Notes under the pieces: model-generated
What the model was told of the DNA's origin: nothing
Databases searched by the model: none
The model's input: only the letters and a program-made list of their open reading frames with translations
Position numbers and translations under genes: made by a program
Shown: in pieces, positions 39,301 through 48,998 of the stretch
How positions within the stretch are numbered: the first letter of the stretch is position 1
Layout of the letters: each line of letters starts with the position of its first letter
Virus record (IMG/VR): IMGVR_UViG_3300021400_001310
Span: 1 to 64,000 of that record
Strand: one strand, 5' to 3'
DNA length: 64,000 nucleotides
Origin: a virus
Lineage: Duplodnaviria; Caudoviricetes

Positions 39301-40949
39301 GTAAGATAACTGCAACGGAATTACTGATTGGAGAAGAGTCCGGAGGTTCCGTTTCTTATAATACTTTTGATAATGCAGTAAGCAATATTATTGATAGTTA
39401 TGACTTTTCAGATATAGAGGATAGTGTTAAAGAAGCCATTAAGGATGATATTGATGGTAAATCAACCATACATTATGACACTAATGAGCCAACAGATGCA
39501 AACGAAAATGACTTATGGGTAAAAAGCATTTCTGTGCCAAATAGTATAACTGGAGCCACAGAAAACACATATGAGTTGTATCGTTATACAATAGTAGATG
39601 ATATATTGCAGTGGGTAAAAATAAATGATACAACCCTTACTGGTGCAATTGCAGGGCTTGGTTCGGTAAAGGCTATTGCTGACGGTAAAATAAGAACATA
39701 CGCACAAGATGATGCTCCCGTTCATTCAGCCGCTAATCCTTTATCTGAGGGCGACCTGTGGATTGATACAAATGATAATAACTGTATGTATCGTTGGAAA
39801 GTTACGTCGGGAACGGGGTCTTGGGTAAAAGTTAGAGATAATAGTAAGACATCGACATACTACTCTGAAACCGAACCACAAAATCCAGATGATAGAGATT
39901 TATGGTTTAATACAGGAAGTAATAAAATAAAAAAATATAATTCAACCGCCAGTTGGAATTTAGATATTTCAAATGAGTTGAGGGATTTTATTAATGTGGT
40001 ATACAGTCAATTATCAGATTTAGACGGCAAAAGTATAAAATTCTTTTTTCAAACATCTACACCGCCAAAAGACGGAACAGATAATGACATTTGGTATTAT
40101 GATCGGGATGATAAAAAGGATTTACGACATTTTAGTGTATCAGGGAATTCATGGGGCACAGTATTTAATCCACAGCCCGATACAGAATCTATAACTTATG
40201 TCTACACTAATGTATTACACAGCGTGCAAACAACGAGTGGAAACCCTGTAAAAATACACTTCACAGATGCTGCGCCAGATACTTCTTCAGTCAATGAAAA
40301 AGATATTTGGTATAAACCTGACACCAAAGAAATCTATGTGTATACCAAATGGACAGACCTCAGCGAAAGCGTGTTCTCTGATATTAACGAAGATATACGC
40401 AAGATAATGACATTTGCGGAAGAAGTGAAAGACACTGCTGATTCAAAAGTTGATATATATACCATGAGCAAAAATGAAATGGATAGTTCTGAGATAATAT
40501 TTGATAAGGGCGATTTATGGATAAATACTGATAAAAATAATGAACTAAATTATTATGATGGGGTTACATGGAATGTAATTAGTAATGACCTGTCTGATTA
40601 CGCACTTATAACTGATGTTAATCAAAAATTTAACGATGCATACCAGCAAGCGATAAGCTATGCTGACACCATTTTAAAAAATTATAAAACTGACATAGGG
40701 CAATATCTAAATTTCAATTCAAACACAGGATTAGTGCTCGGAGCAAAAAACAGCAACTTTAAAACAATTATAGATAATCAATATCTAAGATTTACAGAGT
40801 CTGATACAACAGTTGCCTATATAGGTAACAAACAGCTAAATATTCAAGAGGCAATAGTTAGAGGGACATTTATTCTTGGGAATTTCGCTTTTAATCCACA
40901 TAATAACGATGACGGATTTTCAATCTCATATAAGGGCACAATATCATAA
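36387..40949 (+). CDS. Tail tip/hub (Tal-like) protein with Zn ribbon and D[L/I]W repeats
   Basis: Position after Dit; CLDC..CPKC; about 6 D[L/I]W repeats. Confidence 0.75.
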   Translation: MAIRIDFDSEHNIVEPTLVLTTKNGNKLGVLNYYDWSFREEIGSYEMAFSISKTDNGEVADIWSMVTDFKLIWCKEWDRYFEITVEIDESDETIKNISAKALGIAELSQIMLYNIEINTEDDIARDDYEKPTVLYDETNSKISLLNRITEKAPHYTIAHVDNSIANIQRTFSFNNISLWDAFTEIGEEIGCLFVVDATEDAENTPGIKREIRVYDLEYYCLDCETRSEFEASCPKCGSTNIKPPSIGEDTNIFISVENLADNITYATNDGEIKNCFKLEAGDELMTASIINCNPNGSAYIWNLSNNTKSDMSESLVSKLRDYDDDFNSYQNSHKYEINNYSDYNKLIDDYSDFLRYRYKVSETDPLDFKKIPASGVTGYPNLMNKMYDIIDINLFLEHELLPIPDSDISPVTSAENELNKIIGTGALNTYVLSAASLTSAMVTNAVVGTAKSIINPLYNVVASDTNYNSSDHTWCGKITVTRYADKDDTAISGILSASITVVNDKTKDAYREYVKQKINRIINQKTDDLNGITTLFSSEVSYNDFVNELNKYSLKYLETLEAAAMSCIDILIEQGVSEKTNAFYNTLYIPYYRKYLAVLNEEKERRNEVKICEKILETIENLVIETQQDLNFENYLGETLWKEFCSYRREDVYQNNNYISDGLSNAELFSRSLEFVDKAEKEIYKSSQLQHVITASLGNLLVMEEFIPIVDKFSILNWIRAEIDGQIYRLRLVSYEINSSDLSHIDVEFSDATRAADHLTNLSDLLNKVSSMTSSYNAVIHQAEQGNKGYSRLNNWVNDGLSLTNMKIVSDSDNQAITWDEHGMLAREYVPITDDYSEKQLKIINKGLYLTDDGWESTRAAIGDFVFYNPNSRRYEESYGVIANTLVGNLILSNEVGVYNPEGSVKLDKNGIKITIDTTLSDSLKQASFEIGKQSYSYDEYGEKRYDEEGHPLYDYEKQIWFDANGNAHFKGKITATELLIGEESGGSVSYNTFDNAVSNIIDSYDFSDIEDSVKEAIKDDIDGKSTIHYDTNEPTDANENDLWVKSISVPNSITGATENTYELYRYTIVDDILQWVKINDTTLTGAIAGLGSVKAIADGKIRTYAQDDAPVHSAANPLSEGDLWIDTNDNNCMYRWKVTSGTGSWVKVRDNSKTSTYYSETEPQNPDDRDLWFNTGSNKIKKYNSTASWNLDISNELRDFINVVYSQLSDLDGKSIKFFFQTSTPPKDGTDNDIWYYDRDDKKDLRHFSVSGNSWGTVFNPQPDTESITYVYTNVLHSVQTTSGNPVKIHFTDAAPDTSSVNEKDIWYKPDTKEIYVYTKWTDLSESVFSDINEDIRKIMTFAEEVKDTADSKVDIYTMSKNEMDSSEIIFDKGDLWINTDKNNELNYYDGVTWNVISNDLSDYALITDVNQKFNDAYQQAISYADTILKNYKTDIGQYLNFNSNTGLVLGAKNSNFKTIIDNQYLRFTESDTTVAYIGNKQLNIQEAIVRGTFILGNFAFNPHNNDDGFSISYKGTIS

Positions 40950-40964
40950 ACAGGGGGTGTTAAT

Positions 40965-43115
40965 ATAGCTTATATTTATAGTGCTGTAACTGCGCAAGGT
41001 TGGCAACTTCGGTTAGAATATAGCTCAACCCAGAATATCTCATCCAATAATTCAACTGTTAATTTAACATTGTCAGTATATAATAAATATACTTCGCATA
41101 ATAAGAACAGCAATTCAGCTTATTATATATTTAAAGTAAGTTATCAGGAAAATAATCAAGAAAGTAAAACTTTTGCGACATACGACTTTAGTAAATCATC
41201 AAAAACTTGGCATAAATTAGGTTCAAGAACAATAACCGTTCCACATAAAGAAGACGGAACACAAACCTTAAAATTAACTGGTACTTGGAGTAGCGGATTC
41301 GGCAGCTCAACATCTTACACTCCAGCAAGCATATCTCTCAGTGGTTCAATAACATTACCTACAATTCCAAGAGCTTCGTTGATTAGTAGTGCATCAAACA
41401 TTACACTCGGAGAAACCTGTAATATTAAATGGACTCCTGCGAATAAAAATTTCAAATACAAATTAAAATTTACATTAGGTGCGAAAAGTATTACTACTGG
41501 TGATTATATTTTACCTAATACAACTAATTCATATACTTATCAAGAACAAATTCTTTCTGTTGATGATTTTGCTCCGCAAATCACTACTTCGACAAAAGGC
41601 ACAATGACTGCATATTTATATACATATAACAGTAATGGCACTCAAGTAGGTTCTGCACAATCAAAAACTTTCCAAGTAACTGTACCAAATACATTAAAAC
41701 CAGAACTAACAATGGATTCAACTCCATGGGAATTTTCAAACACAACCGATTTCACAGACCGTTACGGAGAAATCGGTGTACGAGATATAAGCAAAATCAA
41801 ATTCAATATGTTGGCTTCCGTTAAAGAAGGAGCCACTGTCGTCAAATATATTATCTCTGGTGATTACAATAAAACAATCGAGACTACAAATGAAACTTAT
41901 TCACATACAATGGAGACACCAATAATCAAACCAGATAATGTAGCGGAAACTGCAATAACATTTGATAATACATTTCAAATTAAAGTTGTTGATTCTCGTG
42001 GTTATGAATCTAACTCTGTTTCTGTAAAAACAGGTGAACAAGGGAAAAGTATTTATAATTATCATAAGCCAAAAATAGATGTATTTCGGGGGACAAGGGA
42101 TAAGAGTAATGTTTCGACTGTTGGCATGGTTTGGATGCTGAACTGGACATCAATTAGAATTAATAATGAAGAAAAAAATGTTCTTAATCTAAGTATTGAT
42201 GAGGGTAGCACGAATATTTCCAAAGAATCAGGTTGTCACGCAATGGCTGGCAGTAAAAGCATATCTAATGTCACTAATTCACCACATACATATACACTTA
42301 CAGTTGTTGATACTTTTGGTAATAGTGACTCGTGCCAAATACTAATTCCCTCCCCTCAAGTATTATTAGACTTCAAATCTGGCGGCACTTGTTTAGGCAT
42401 TGGTAGGATGGTAGATTCATCCGATGACGGTCTTGTTGTTGCATTTGATTCAACTTTTGAAGGAGAATCGACATACTTCTATCCAAGATTAAAAACTACG
42501 AATAATGTAACATCTGTTGACACTTCATTTAAAACATCACTGCAAGAAATGCATAGGGCTTTATTCTACAAACCCGGAGAACAGGTAACATTGGAATATT
42601 ACGGCGCTGGTTACCTTCTTAATAGTGGAAAAGTATTAAGATTTCAAATACCCCTGAGTAAAGCTACATCGTTTGTAGAGGATTGTACTATATCTATCAA
42701 TACATTGAAATTAGTGGTGCGAGCGGAAAATAATTCGACAGGGACTCTTACAATATATAATAACGGAAGCAAAACTTCAGGATATACTGTGACGTCCCCG
42801 ATTGTTGAATCGGAAGGATTTACTGGGTCAAAATATAAGAATGGGTTATCTTTCGATGTAACTAAAACCAGCTCGTTTATCCAATCCGGAGCTACCGTAA
42901 CTGGGGCGGGACTTTGGGTCGGAGTAATATTCACATTTGTTACCCCACAAGTTTCAACCAATTCCGAAGATGAATTTTATGAAGATGAAACAGACCCGAC
43001 TAACGGTGACGGTACAGAAAATAATTCAGGAGATTCGATTAACACAGAAAACAACGAAACAAATAATTCAGATAGTCAATCGACTACCGAAAATACTGAG
43101 GAAGAGAATCCTTAA
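40965..43115 (+). CDS. Siphovirus minor tail protein (DUF859-like; ATA start inferred)
   Basis: QNISSNNSTV, ITLPTIPRAS, VVDSRG, LGIG motifs; SD AGGGGGTG before in-frame ATA 40965. Confidence 0.7.
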   Translation: MAYIYSAVTAQGWQLRLEYSSTQNISSNNSTVNLTLSVYNKYTSHNKNSNSAYYIFKVSYQENNQESKTFATYDFSKSSKTWHKLGSRTITVPHKEDGTQTLKLTGTWSSGFGSSTSYTPASISLSGSITLPTIPRASLISSASNITLGETCNIKWTPANKNFKYKLKFTLGAKSITTGDYILPNTTNSYTYQEQILSVDDFAPQITTSTKGTMTAYLYTYNSNGTQVGSAQSKTFQVTVPNTLKPELTMDSTPWEFSNTTDFTDRYGEIGVRDISKIKFNMLASVKEGATVVKYIISGDYNKTIETTNETYSHTMETPIIKPDNVAETAITFDNTFQIKVVDSRGYESNSVSVKTGEQGKSIYNYHKPKIDVFRGTRDKSNVSTVGMVWMLNWTSIRINNEEKNVLNLSIDEGSTNISKESGCHAMAGSKSISNVTNSPHTYTLTVVDTFGNSDSCQILIPSPQVLLDFKSGGTCLGIGRMVDSSDDGLVVAFDSTFEGESTYFYPRLKTTNNVTSVDTSFKTSLQEMHRALFYKPGEQVTLEYYGAGYLLNSGKVLRFQIPLSKATSFVEDCTISINTLKLVVRAENNSTGTLTIYNNGSKTSGYTVTSPIVESEGFTGSKYKNGLSFDVTKTSSFIQSGATVTGAGLWVGVIFTFVTPQVSTNSEDEFYEDETDPTNGDGTENNSGDSINTENNETNNSDSQSTTENTEEENP

Positions 43116-43192
43116 AATAAAAATCTCATTTTATTAAAACAATAGGGACTGCCATTTAAGGCAGTCCCTATTGCAAAGGAGGAATATATACA

Positions 43193-44431
43193 ATGGATAT
43201 GACTTTGTATGCACTGTTGAAGAAAATAATCAGAGACAGTGCAGTTACAGTTGATGATACGGTAAGCGATGTAAGTATAAATCCTGTTCAGAACAAAGTT
43301 ATTAAAGATTACATAGATTCTGAAGGCGAGCTGCTTGAATCAAACATAAATACAATAAACTCAAAAATTCCAACACAAGCAAGTTCAGACAATCAGCTTG
43401 CAGATAAAGACTTTGTTAATTCGTCAATTTCGACAGCAACGGCGACATTTAGAGGAACGTTTACAAATGTAGCGGAGTTGCAGGCAACAGATGGTGACAA
43501 AAACGATTATGCGTTTTATTCTCACACAGATAGCGCAGGTAATAGAATATTTGGAAGATATAAATATGTGGGTATCCCTGAAACGCGAGTACCCGAAGGA
43601 TATACTGAATTATATTCAATAGGTCGGTCACGTAATTCAACGGGATATATAAATACAGGCGTAACGATAAAAAGTAATTATAGTATTTACGCAAAAATAA
43701 ATTTTACTGGAAATAACTATTATATATCACCAATTTTCTTTGGAGCAAAAGATTCTCAGGATAAAAGAATATTTTTGTATAGGGATAGAGACAAAAGCGA
43801 TTTTCCACTTATATGTAATTCTATTTATCATCGTAACTTAACGTCTTATGCTAACGGTGAAAGAATATTTGAAATAAAAAATAACAAATATTACATAGAT
43901 AATTCTTTTATAGCTTCAATAAATATTCCTGATATTGAAGACGGTACTCCTTGTTATTTGTTTGGTATGAACTCCAACGGGGTCATTCAAACAACAAGTG
44001 GTACTAATGACGGAACGACTTTTTCAATTTGTGCGTTTAAGGTTTGGGATAACAACGATAATTTAATTTTAGACCTTGTCCCTTGCAAAAATCAAGAAAA
44101 TCGAGCAGGAATGTATGATGTTGTAAGCAATCAGTTTTTCAGCTCGCCAAATAACATACTCTTTACTGAAACCCCTCTTTCAACCGATAAATGGGCTTAT
44201 GAATACAGCTTAAACAATTCAAGCTTTACGTCTGAGCAGTGGGCGGCAGTAAATAGTGGATTGACTGACAAAATAACTAATGTTGGGTATAAATCAAATG
44301 CCACACAGGTTTTAAAAAACGTTAATGGCACATTACAATGGACTGATTCTGAGTCCGATGGCACGGTTGCCGCAGTTAAATCAGTTTATGAAAATTTCTA
44401 TATAGGAGATGATAATAATGGCAACACTTGA
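43193..44431 (+). CDS. Tail fibre/receptor-binding protein with a ConA-like lectin domain
   Basis: NPVQNKVI; PEGYTEL..GYINTG..LVPC..AGMYDVV pattern. Confidence 0.65.
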   Translation: MDMTLYALLKKIIRDSAVTVDDTVSDVSINPVQNKVIKDYIDSEGELLESNINTINSKIPTQASSDNQLADKDFVNSSISTATATFRGTFTNVAELQATDGDKNDYAFYSHTDSAGNRIFGRYKYVGIPETRVPEGYTELYSIGRSRNSTGYINTGVTIKSNYSIYAKINFTGNNYYISPIFFGAKDSQDKRIFLYRDRDKSDFPLICNSIYHRNLTSYANGERIFEIKNNKYYIDNSFIASINIPDIEDGTPCYLFGMNSNGVIQTTSGTNDGTTFSICAFKVWDNNDNLILDLVPCKNQENRAGMYDVVSNQFFSSPNNILFTETPLSTDKWAYEYSLNNSSFTSEQWAAVNSGLTDKITNVGYKSNATQVLKNVNGTLQWTDSESDGTVAAVKSVYENFYIGDDNNGNT

Positions 44432-45638
44432 ACAGATAGCACAGGCTCAGACCAATTTCCTCGGTGAGCTTAAAAATAATCTCGATATGGTTGTTTCAGC
44501 CGCAAACAGGGTTTACAGCTACACTCATGAAGCAATCGTAACAGACGACCTTGAAAAAGACTATCAGGATATAATCACGGCAAATCCCGACCTTGCAAAC
44601 GTTTCCGCCGTAGGTCTGCTGGCGATTCTTAAAGACGGCGACACGGTTACAACTCATGGCAACCGTATGTTTATCAACGGCATTGAGGAACAGACAGATT
44701 ACTCTTTCAGCGGCGAAAATTCTCAAAATGGAATCGAATTTATAAAAGTATGGTATTTTGAGAATGAAGAGCCAATCACATTACAAGGTGATTGTCCGTT
44801 TGATATTTCAGTCTTAGAGTATAAAGTAAAAACAAATGCGCCAAATATGTCAGAATCTTACAAATCTGCTCAGACTGTAATAAGTGATGGTAATTATAAT
44901 ATTAGTGGTAATTGCATAAAAAATATGGTTTTTAAGAATAATGATAGCTCAAATGTTATTGAAAATATTATGGATTTTTATAGCGAGCAAGAGCATATTT
45001 CATCCAATCGAAACATATTTGGACTAAACAAGCCAATTAGCAATATTATATTACCTAATGTAGAGTCGATTTCAAATGGTTGGGTTGATGATGGTATGTT
45101 CAAATCCTGTAAAGCAAATATATATTTTCCAAAACTTAAAAGTGTTTCGGGGATATCGACATATACTAAATGTGCTTTTGTAGACAACGGAGTAATGACT
45201 ATAATTTTACCAATAACGGTAGAACGTATTGGTATATATAGTTTTTCTGGTAATTTTAAGTTATTAAGATTAGACTGTAAAGATGCCAAGGTAATAAATG
45301 ACAACTGGTGTATTAATGCGCAATCAAATTTTCAGATGTGCGATGATTGGGGCGCATCAATAAACATTAAAACAGCGGCGGCTAAATGGACAACGCAGAA
45401 CTTCATCGACCTTTTATCTAATAAAGACCGATTAAGAAATGTTGGTTTTGATATTGCTGACAATAATGGCGATGCAGACTATGATTCTGCAACTGGTAAA
45501 TATGTTATAAATCTTGAAAAAACTGGAGCCTATCAAACGAAAAGATATATTACTATACCACAAAGCATGCTGTCGTCTTTGGATTCAGAAACACTTGATG
45601 TGGCGTTCCAAAAAGGTTGGAAAGTTCAAGGAGGTTAA
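44418..45638 (+). CDS. Tail-associated protein with BspA-like leucine-rich repeats
   Basis: IILPNVESIS, IYFPKLKSVS, IILPITVERIG repeats; AFQKGWKV terminus. Confidence 0.6.
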   Translation: MATLEQIAQAQTNFLGELKNNLDMVVSAANRVYSYTHEAIVTDDLEKDYQDIITANPDLANVSAVGLLAILKDGDTVTTHGNRMFINGIEEQTDYSFSGENSQNGIEFIKVWYFENEEPITLQGDCPFDISVLEYKVKTNAPNMSESYKSAQTVISDGNYNISGNCIKNMVFKNNDSSNVIENIMDFYSEQEHISSNRNIFGLNKPISNIILPNVESISNGWVDDGMFKSCKANIYFPKLKSVSGISTYTKCAFVDNGVMTIILPITVERIGIYSFSGNFKLLRLDCKDAKVINDNWCINAQSNFQMCDDWGASINIKTAAAKWTTQNFIDLLSNKDRLRNVGFDIADNNGDADYDSATGKYVINLEKTGAYQTKRYITIPQSMLSSLDSETLDVAFQKGWKVQGG

Positions 45639-45640
45639 TT

Positions 45641-45931
45641 ATGAATTATCACGAGTTAAACGAACTTTTTTATCAAACAAATGATGGATTTGTTTTTAAA
45701 GACAAACGCAATCATTCTATTTGTACTACAATTTTAAAAGCATTTGTTAAAGGTTATGACTGTATCCCTGCTCCTGAGCCGCAACCTGAGCCGCAACCAG
45801 AACCAGAACCTGCTTCTCTTGAAGAAAGAGTTCAAAAGCTTGAAGAGGACAAAGAACCTCTGGAAGCTCAAGTTACGTTCACAGCAGTAATGACAGACAC
45901 TTTACTTGACGAAGAAGAGGATGAAGAATAA
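45641..45931 (+). CDS. Tail fibre chaperone-like protein (XkdW-like)
   Basis: PEPQ linker, LEERVQKLEE; followed by an XkdX-like gene. Confidence 0.5.
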   Translation: MNYHELNELFYQTNDGFVFKDKRNHSICTTILKAFVKGYDCIPAPEPQPEPQPEPEPASLEERVQKLEEDKEPLEAQVTFTAVMTDTLLDEEEDEE

Positions 45932-46068
45932 TGAGAGCTATTGTTCGTAAATTTAGAAACTGGTTTTTAAAAGGTATTTATCACCTTGTAGATATTCAAA
46001 AACTTTATGATAACGGTAAGATTACCGCTGAGGAATTTGAGTATATTACCGGTGAGCCAGTAGAATAA
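45931..46068 (+). CDS. XkdX-family small protein, 45 aa (not in the ORF track)
   Basis: MRAIVRKFRNWFLKGIY...GKITAEEFEYITGEPVE. Confidence 0.75.
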   Translation: MRAIVRKFRNWFLKGIYHLVDIQKLYDNGKITAEEFEYITGEPVE

Positions 46069-46090
46069 AAATGAGAAAGAAAGGAATATT

Positions 46091-46279
46091 ATGGACAAAC
46101 CTATATCAATTTTAAGAGCGGACTTCATTAACGATTTCCGCTCTTTAATTAATGAGAGTAATTTATCTCCTTATATTATAGAGCCTATATTAGATAAGGC
46201 ATTACAGGATATAAGGAGTTTAATAAATCAGCAATACGAACATGATTTAAAAATTTATCAAGAAGAACATAATAAATAG
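46091..46279 (+). CDS. Hypothetical protein
   Basis: SD AAAGGA, 62 aa. Confidence 0.65.
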   Translation: MDKPISILRADFINDFRSLINESNLSPYIIEPILDKALQDIRSLINQQYEHDLKIYQEEHNK

Positions 46280-46302
46280 TCTGTCATAAATAAGGAGGCA
46301 GT

Positions 46303-46497
46303 ATGTACGAATTAATAAAAAGAAGCGATAGACAAAACAGTGAAACGCATGAGTATTATTGCGATACAACAAGTGATTTACAGAATATAGACGTTTCAAA
46401 AGTTCCTATGGGGAGCGTGGCATTTATTATTAACCCTTCTGATAATGAAGAGAAACTTTATATGCTCACATCGGACAAGCAATGGATTGCACAATGA
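46303..46497 (+). CDS. Hypothetical protein
   Basis: SD AAGGAGG, 64 aa. Confidence 0.65.
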   Translation: MYELIKRSDRQNSETHEYYCDTTSDLQNIDVSKVPMGSVAFIINPSDNEEKLYMLTSDKQWIAQ

Positions 46498-46532
46498 TTT
46501 TCTAAATAGTCTTTATGAAGGGTGTGATAAAA

Positions 46533-46631
46533 ATGTTTGTAGCTTTATTATATAATATTGCAAATTTAGTAGGGCTATATAGCTGTTTTGCAGCAGTTAC
46601 AATAGCCAAGCTCACTGGGGCGATCTCATGA
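46533..46631 (+). CDS. 32-aa hydrophobic peptide coupled to the holin-like gene (not in the ORF track)
   Basis: MFVALLYNIANLVGLYSCFAAVTIAKLTGAIS; SD AAGGGTG; ATGA overlap. Confidence 0.45.
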   Translation: MFVALLYNIANLVGLYSCFAAVTIAKLTGAIS

Positions 46632-46963
46632 AAGATTTTATTATTAAATACTGGCTTGAGGTGCTATTCGGTATAGTTGTAATGCTATTAACGGCAGCAG
46701 TCAAGCAACTTTTTAAAAAATTAAAAGAAGAAAAAGAAGATTATGAATCAATTAAATATGGCATGCTTTCTTTGCTTCGTGCAGAACTAATAAGAAGCGG
46801 TGAAAAGTATCTTGAACAAGGATGGATTTCAATTTATGCGAGAGAGGCTTTTGAAAAAGCGTATAGCGCATATCACGGTCTTGGGGGAAATGGTACAATA
46901 ACAAAATTATATGAAGATGTTATGGAGCTTCCTATTATAAATCCGTCGAAGAAAGAAGGCTAA
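46628..46963 (+). CDS. Holin-like membrane protein
   Basis: N-terminal TM helix; YHGLGGNG motif; upstream of the endolysin. Confidence 0.65.
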   Translation: MKDFIIKYWLEVLFGIVVMLLTAAVKQLFKKLKEEKEDYESIKYGMLSLLRAELIRSGEKYLEQGWISIYAREAFEKAYSAYHGLGGNGTITKLYEDVMELPIINPSKKEG

Positions 46964-47031
46964 CAATTAAATATCGTTATAAAAAAAGGGACTGTGGCAA
47001 ACAGTCCCTCGTTGCATTTAAGGAGGATTTT

Positions 47032-47871
47032 ATGGGTAATAATTATGCAATATATCCATTTAAAAATTTGAGAATTACACAAACATACAGTGGAGCCACT
47101 TCACATAAACCACATACTACAGGTTCGCCGAAAGATTATCCTGTAGACGAAGGTGGATTAAATACAGGTAAAGAATCTTGTTTTTGTCCGTGTGATGAGA
47201 TAGTTGTAATAAGAGTATACGGAGTAGGTAATCGTGGCGTAAATACAATATTCTGGGAATCTACGACACCTTGCAGTCTTGCAGATGGTACTACAGATTA
47301 TTTATGTGGTATGTTTACACATACTGTAGATTCTGATTTGAAAGGTATTAAAGCTGGTACAAAATTCAAGAGAGGTCAGATCGTTTGTAAGGAAGGAACC
47401 GACGGTGGTGTCGGCATGCACTTACATATGAGTTTCGGCAAAGGTAAACTTACTGGTAACGGTTGGACTTGCAATACAAAAGGTAAGTATGTTCTGACCT
47501 GTACACATGGCACTTTTAAGCCAGAGCAATTATTATATATTGATGATAAATTTACCACAGTCAAAGATACCAAAGGCTTAAAATTTAAAACAATACCCAA
47601 GACACCTGCTACTACAGGATATAAGCTTGGAGAATATAAGGTTAATACGGCATTACTTAGAGTACGTAAAGGTGCAGGCACTCTTTATGGTAAGAAAACA
47701 TTCAACCAATTGACAGCCAATGCTCAGGTTCAGATTAAAAAGCTTAATAACGGGAAACCTGCAGATGGATTAGTTAAAGGATGCACTTGTACAGTAACTA
47801 AAGTATCAAATAAAAACTGGGGAAAAATCCCCTCTGGTTGGATTTGTTTAGACTATTGCAAGAAGGTGTGA
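47032..47871 (+). CDS. Endolysin: M23-like peptidase plus SH3-type cell-wall-binding domain
   Basis: H..D and HLH motifs; LRVRKGAG..WGKIPSGWICLDY. Confidence 0.78.
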   Translation: MGNNYAIYPFKNLRITQTYSGATSHKPHTTGSPKDYPVDEGGLNTGKESCFCPCDEIVVIRVYGVGNRGVNTIFWESTTPCSLADGTTDYLCGMFTHTVDSDLKGIKAGTKFKRGQIVCKEGTDGGVGMHLHMSFGKGKLTGNGWTCNTKGKYVLTCTHGTFKPEQLLYIDDKFTTVKDTKGLKFKTIPKTPATTGYKLGEYKVNTALLRVRKGAGTLYGKKTFNQLTANAQVQIKKLNNGKPADGLVKGCTCTVTKVSNKNWGKIPSGWICLDYCKKV

Positions 47872-47875
47872 TTTT

Positions 47876-48250
47876 ATGAAGAAGTTTCTTAACAGATTTA
47901 AACGCTTATTTAAAACTAAAAAGCGTGAGTTTTCAAAAGGAATTTGTGCGGTAACAGTAGCAGTATTTACTATTGTTGCACTATTCTCAATAATAGATTT
48001 TCATAGACTGCAAACATTGGCAATAGAAATGAATGCCGCAAGTATGCCAACCCCAGAGGTTCCCGTTAGACTGATTGAATGTGTAGTAGTGGTCATACTT
48101 GGATATTGCGGATACCAGCTTGGACTCAAAGGTAGTCGTAATCGATACGGAATTGACGAGACAGGAGTACCTTATTCTGAGCGTATTAAAGAAATATATG
48201 AATCAATTAAAAATGAAAACAACGAAAGTGAGGATGAAATAAGTGGATAA
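47876..48250 (+). CDS. Two-TM membrane protein (lysis module)
   Basis: REFSK followed by two hydrophobic helices. Confidence 0.65.
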   Translation: MKKFLNRFKRLFKTKKREFSKGICAVTVAVFTIVALFSIIDFHRLQTLAIEMNAASMPTPEVPVRLIECVVVVILGYCGYQLGLKGSRNRYGIDETGVPYSERIKEIYESIKNENNESEDEISG

Positions 48251-48578
48251 AACTACGATTTTATTAATTGTTGAAGCGGTCGCTTTACTGGTCGCATTTC
48301 TGATTAGCAAATTTTTACCTGTAACAAAACTGGAAGTTTTAGATACAGGCTTAGAATCAACTTCCAATATTGTCCAAGAAATTGCACAGTGGGCAGTATT
48401 CTTTGTCCACTATGCTCGTCAGCATTTAAAAGAACTGAACGGTTCGGATAAGATGAAATATGTTGTTGAACAGCTCGGCAAGATACTAAGTCAGCAAGAT
48501 CAGAGTATGTCCGAAGAGCAGATTACGGCGATAGCTCAAAAGGCGTATGATGATATGAAGGCAGAAAATAAAGAATAA
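48243..48578 (+). CDS. LL-H-like holin
   Basis: N-terminal TM; GSDKMKYV..EEQITAIAQKAYDDMK. Confidence 0.65.
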   Translation: MDKTTILLIVEAVALLVAFLISKFLPVTKLEVLDTGLESTSNIVQEIAQWAVFFVHYARQHLKELNGSDKMKYVVEQLGKILSQQDQSMSEEQITAIAQKAYDDMKAENKE

Positions 48579-48585
48579 AATAGTT

Positions 48586-48617
48586 TAGGCGAAGCAATTA
48601 AGCTTCGCCTATTTTTT
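48586..48617 (+). terminator. Terminator of the late operon
   Basis: TAGGCGAAGC/GCTTCGCCTA plus T6. Confidence 0.8.
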
Positions 48618-48913
48618 CTGATTTCCACTTTATACATTCTTTCATATAACTAATATTTTAATTGTATTAAAGAATATATAAAATAACGTTTTGATTGATT
48701 GTTTTAGGTTTTAATTTTTAAGATTTACTAATGATTTTCTAACACATTTTTGCAGAGACTTTCTAACACTTTTCTAACAAAAATGCAAGCTTTCTGCAAA
48801 GCTATAAAAATTTAAGGCTTTTTTATCTGCATTTTCACCAAATTTTAAGCGTCGATTAAACGATTTGATGTTAAGAATGACTAAAAAATACTGCTTAAAA
48901 AATAGGACATATT

Positions 48914-48959
48914 TCTCCAAAACCGCGTGCCGAGGGTTCAAGTCCTTCTGCCCCTGCCA
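48914..48959 (+). other. attP core = 3' half of tRNA-Trp(CCA)
   Basis: Anticodon loop CTCCAAA, T-arm GAGGGTTCAAGTCCTTC, 3' CCA; no D-arm or 5' half; next to the integrase. Confidence 0.9.
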
Positions 48960-48960
48960 T

Positions 48961-48998
48961 AAAAAGCCTTGAAAACTAAGGGTTTTCGAGGTTTTTTT
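48961..48998 (+). terminator. Terminator for the tRNA reconstituted on integration
   Basis: AAAAAGCCTTGAAAAC/GTTTTCGAGGTTTTTT immediately after CCA. Confidence 0.7.

Noticed and set aside
43193-45638. Diversity-generating retroelement or invertible tail-fibre shufflon
   Set aside because: No reverse transcriptase, template/variable repeat pair or inverted cassette seen in this window
45768-45812. PEPQ-coding 12-bp tandem repeat as a regulatory element
   Set aside because: In-frame proline-rich linker; ordinary
48914-48959. Functional tRNA-Trp gene
   Set aside because: The 5' acceptor strand and D-arm are missing; it is the att core
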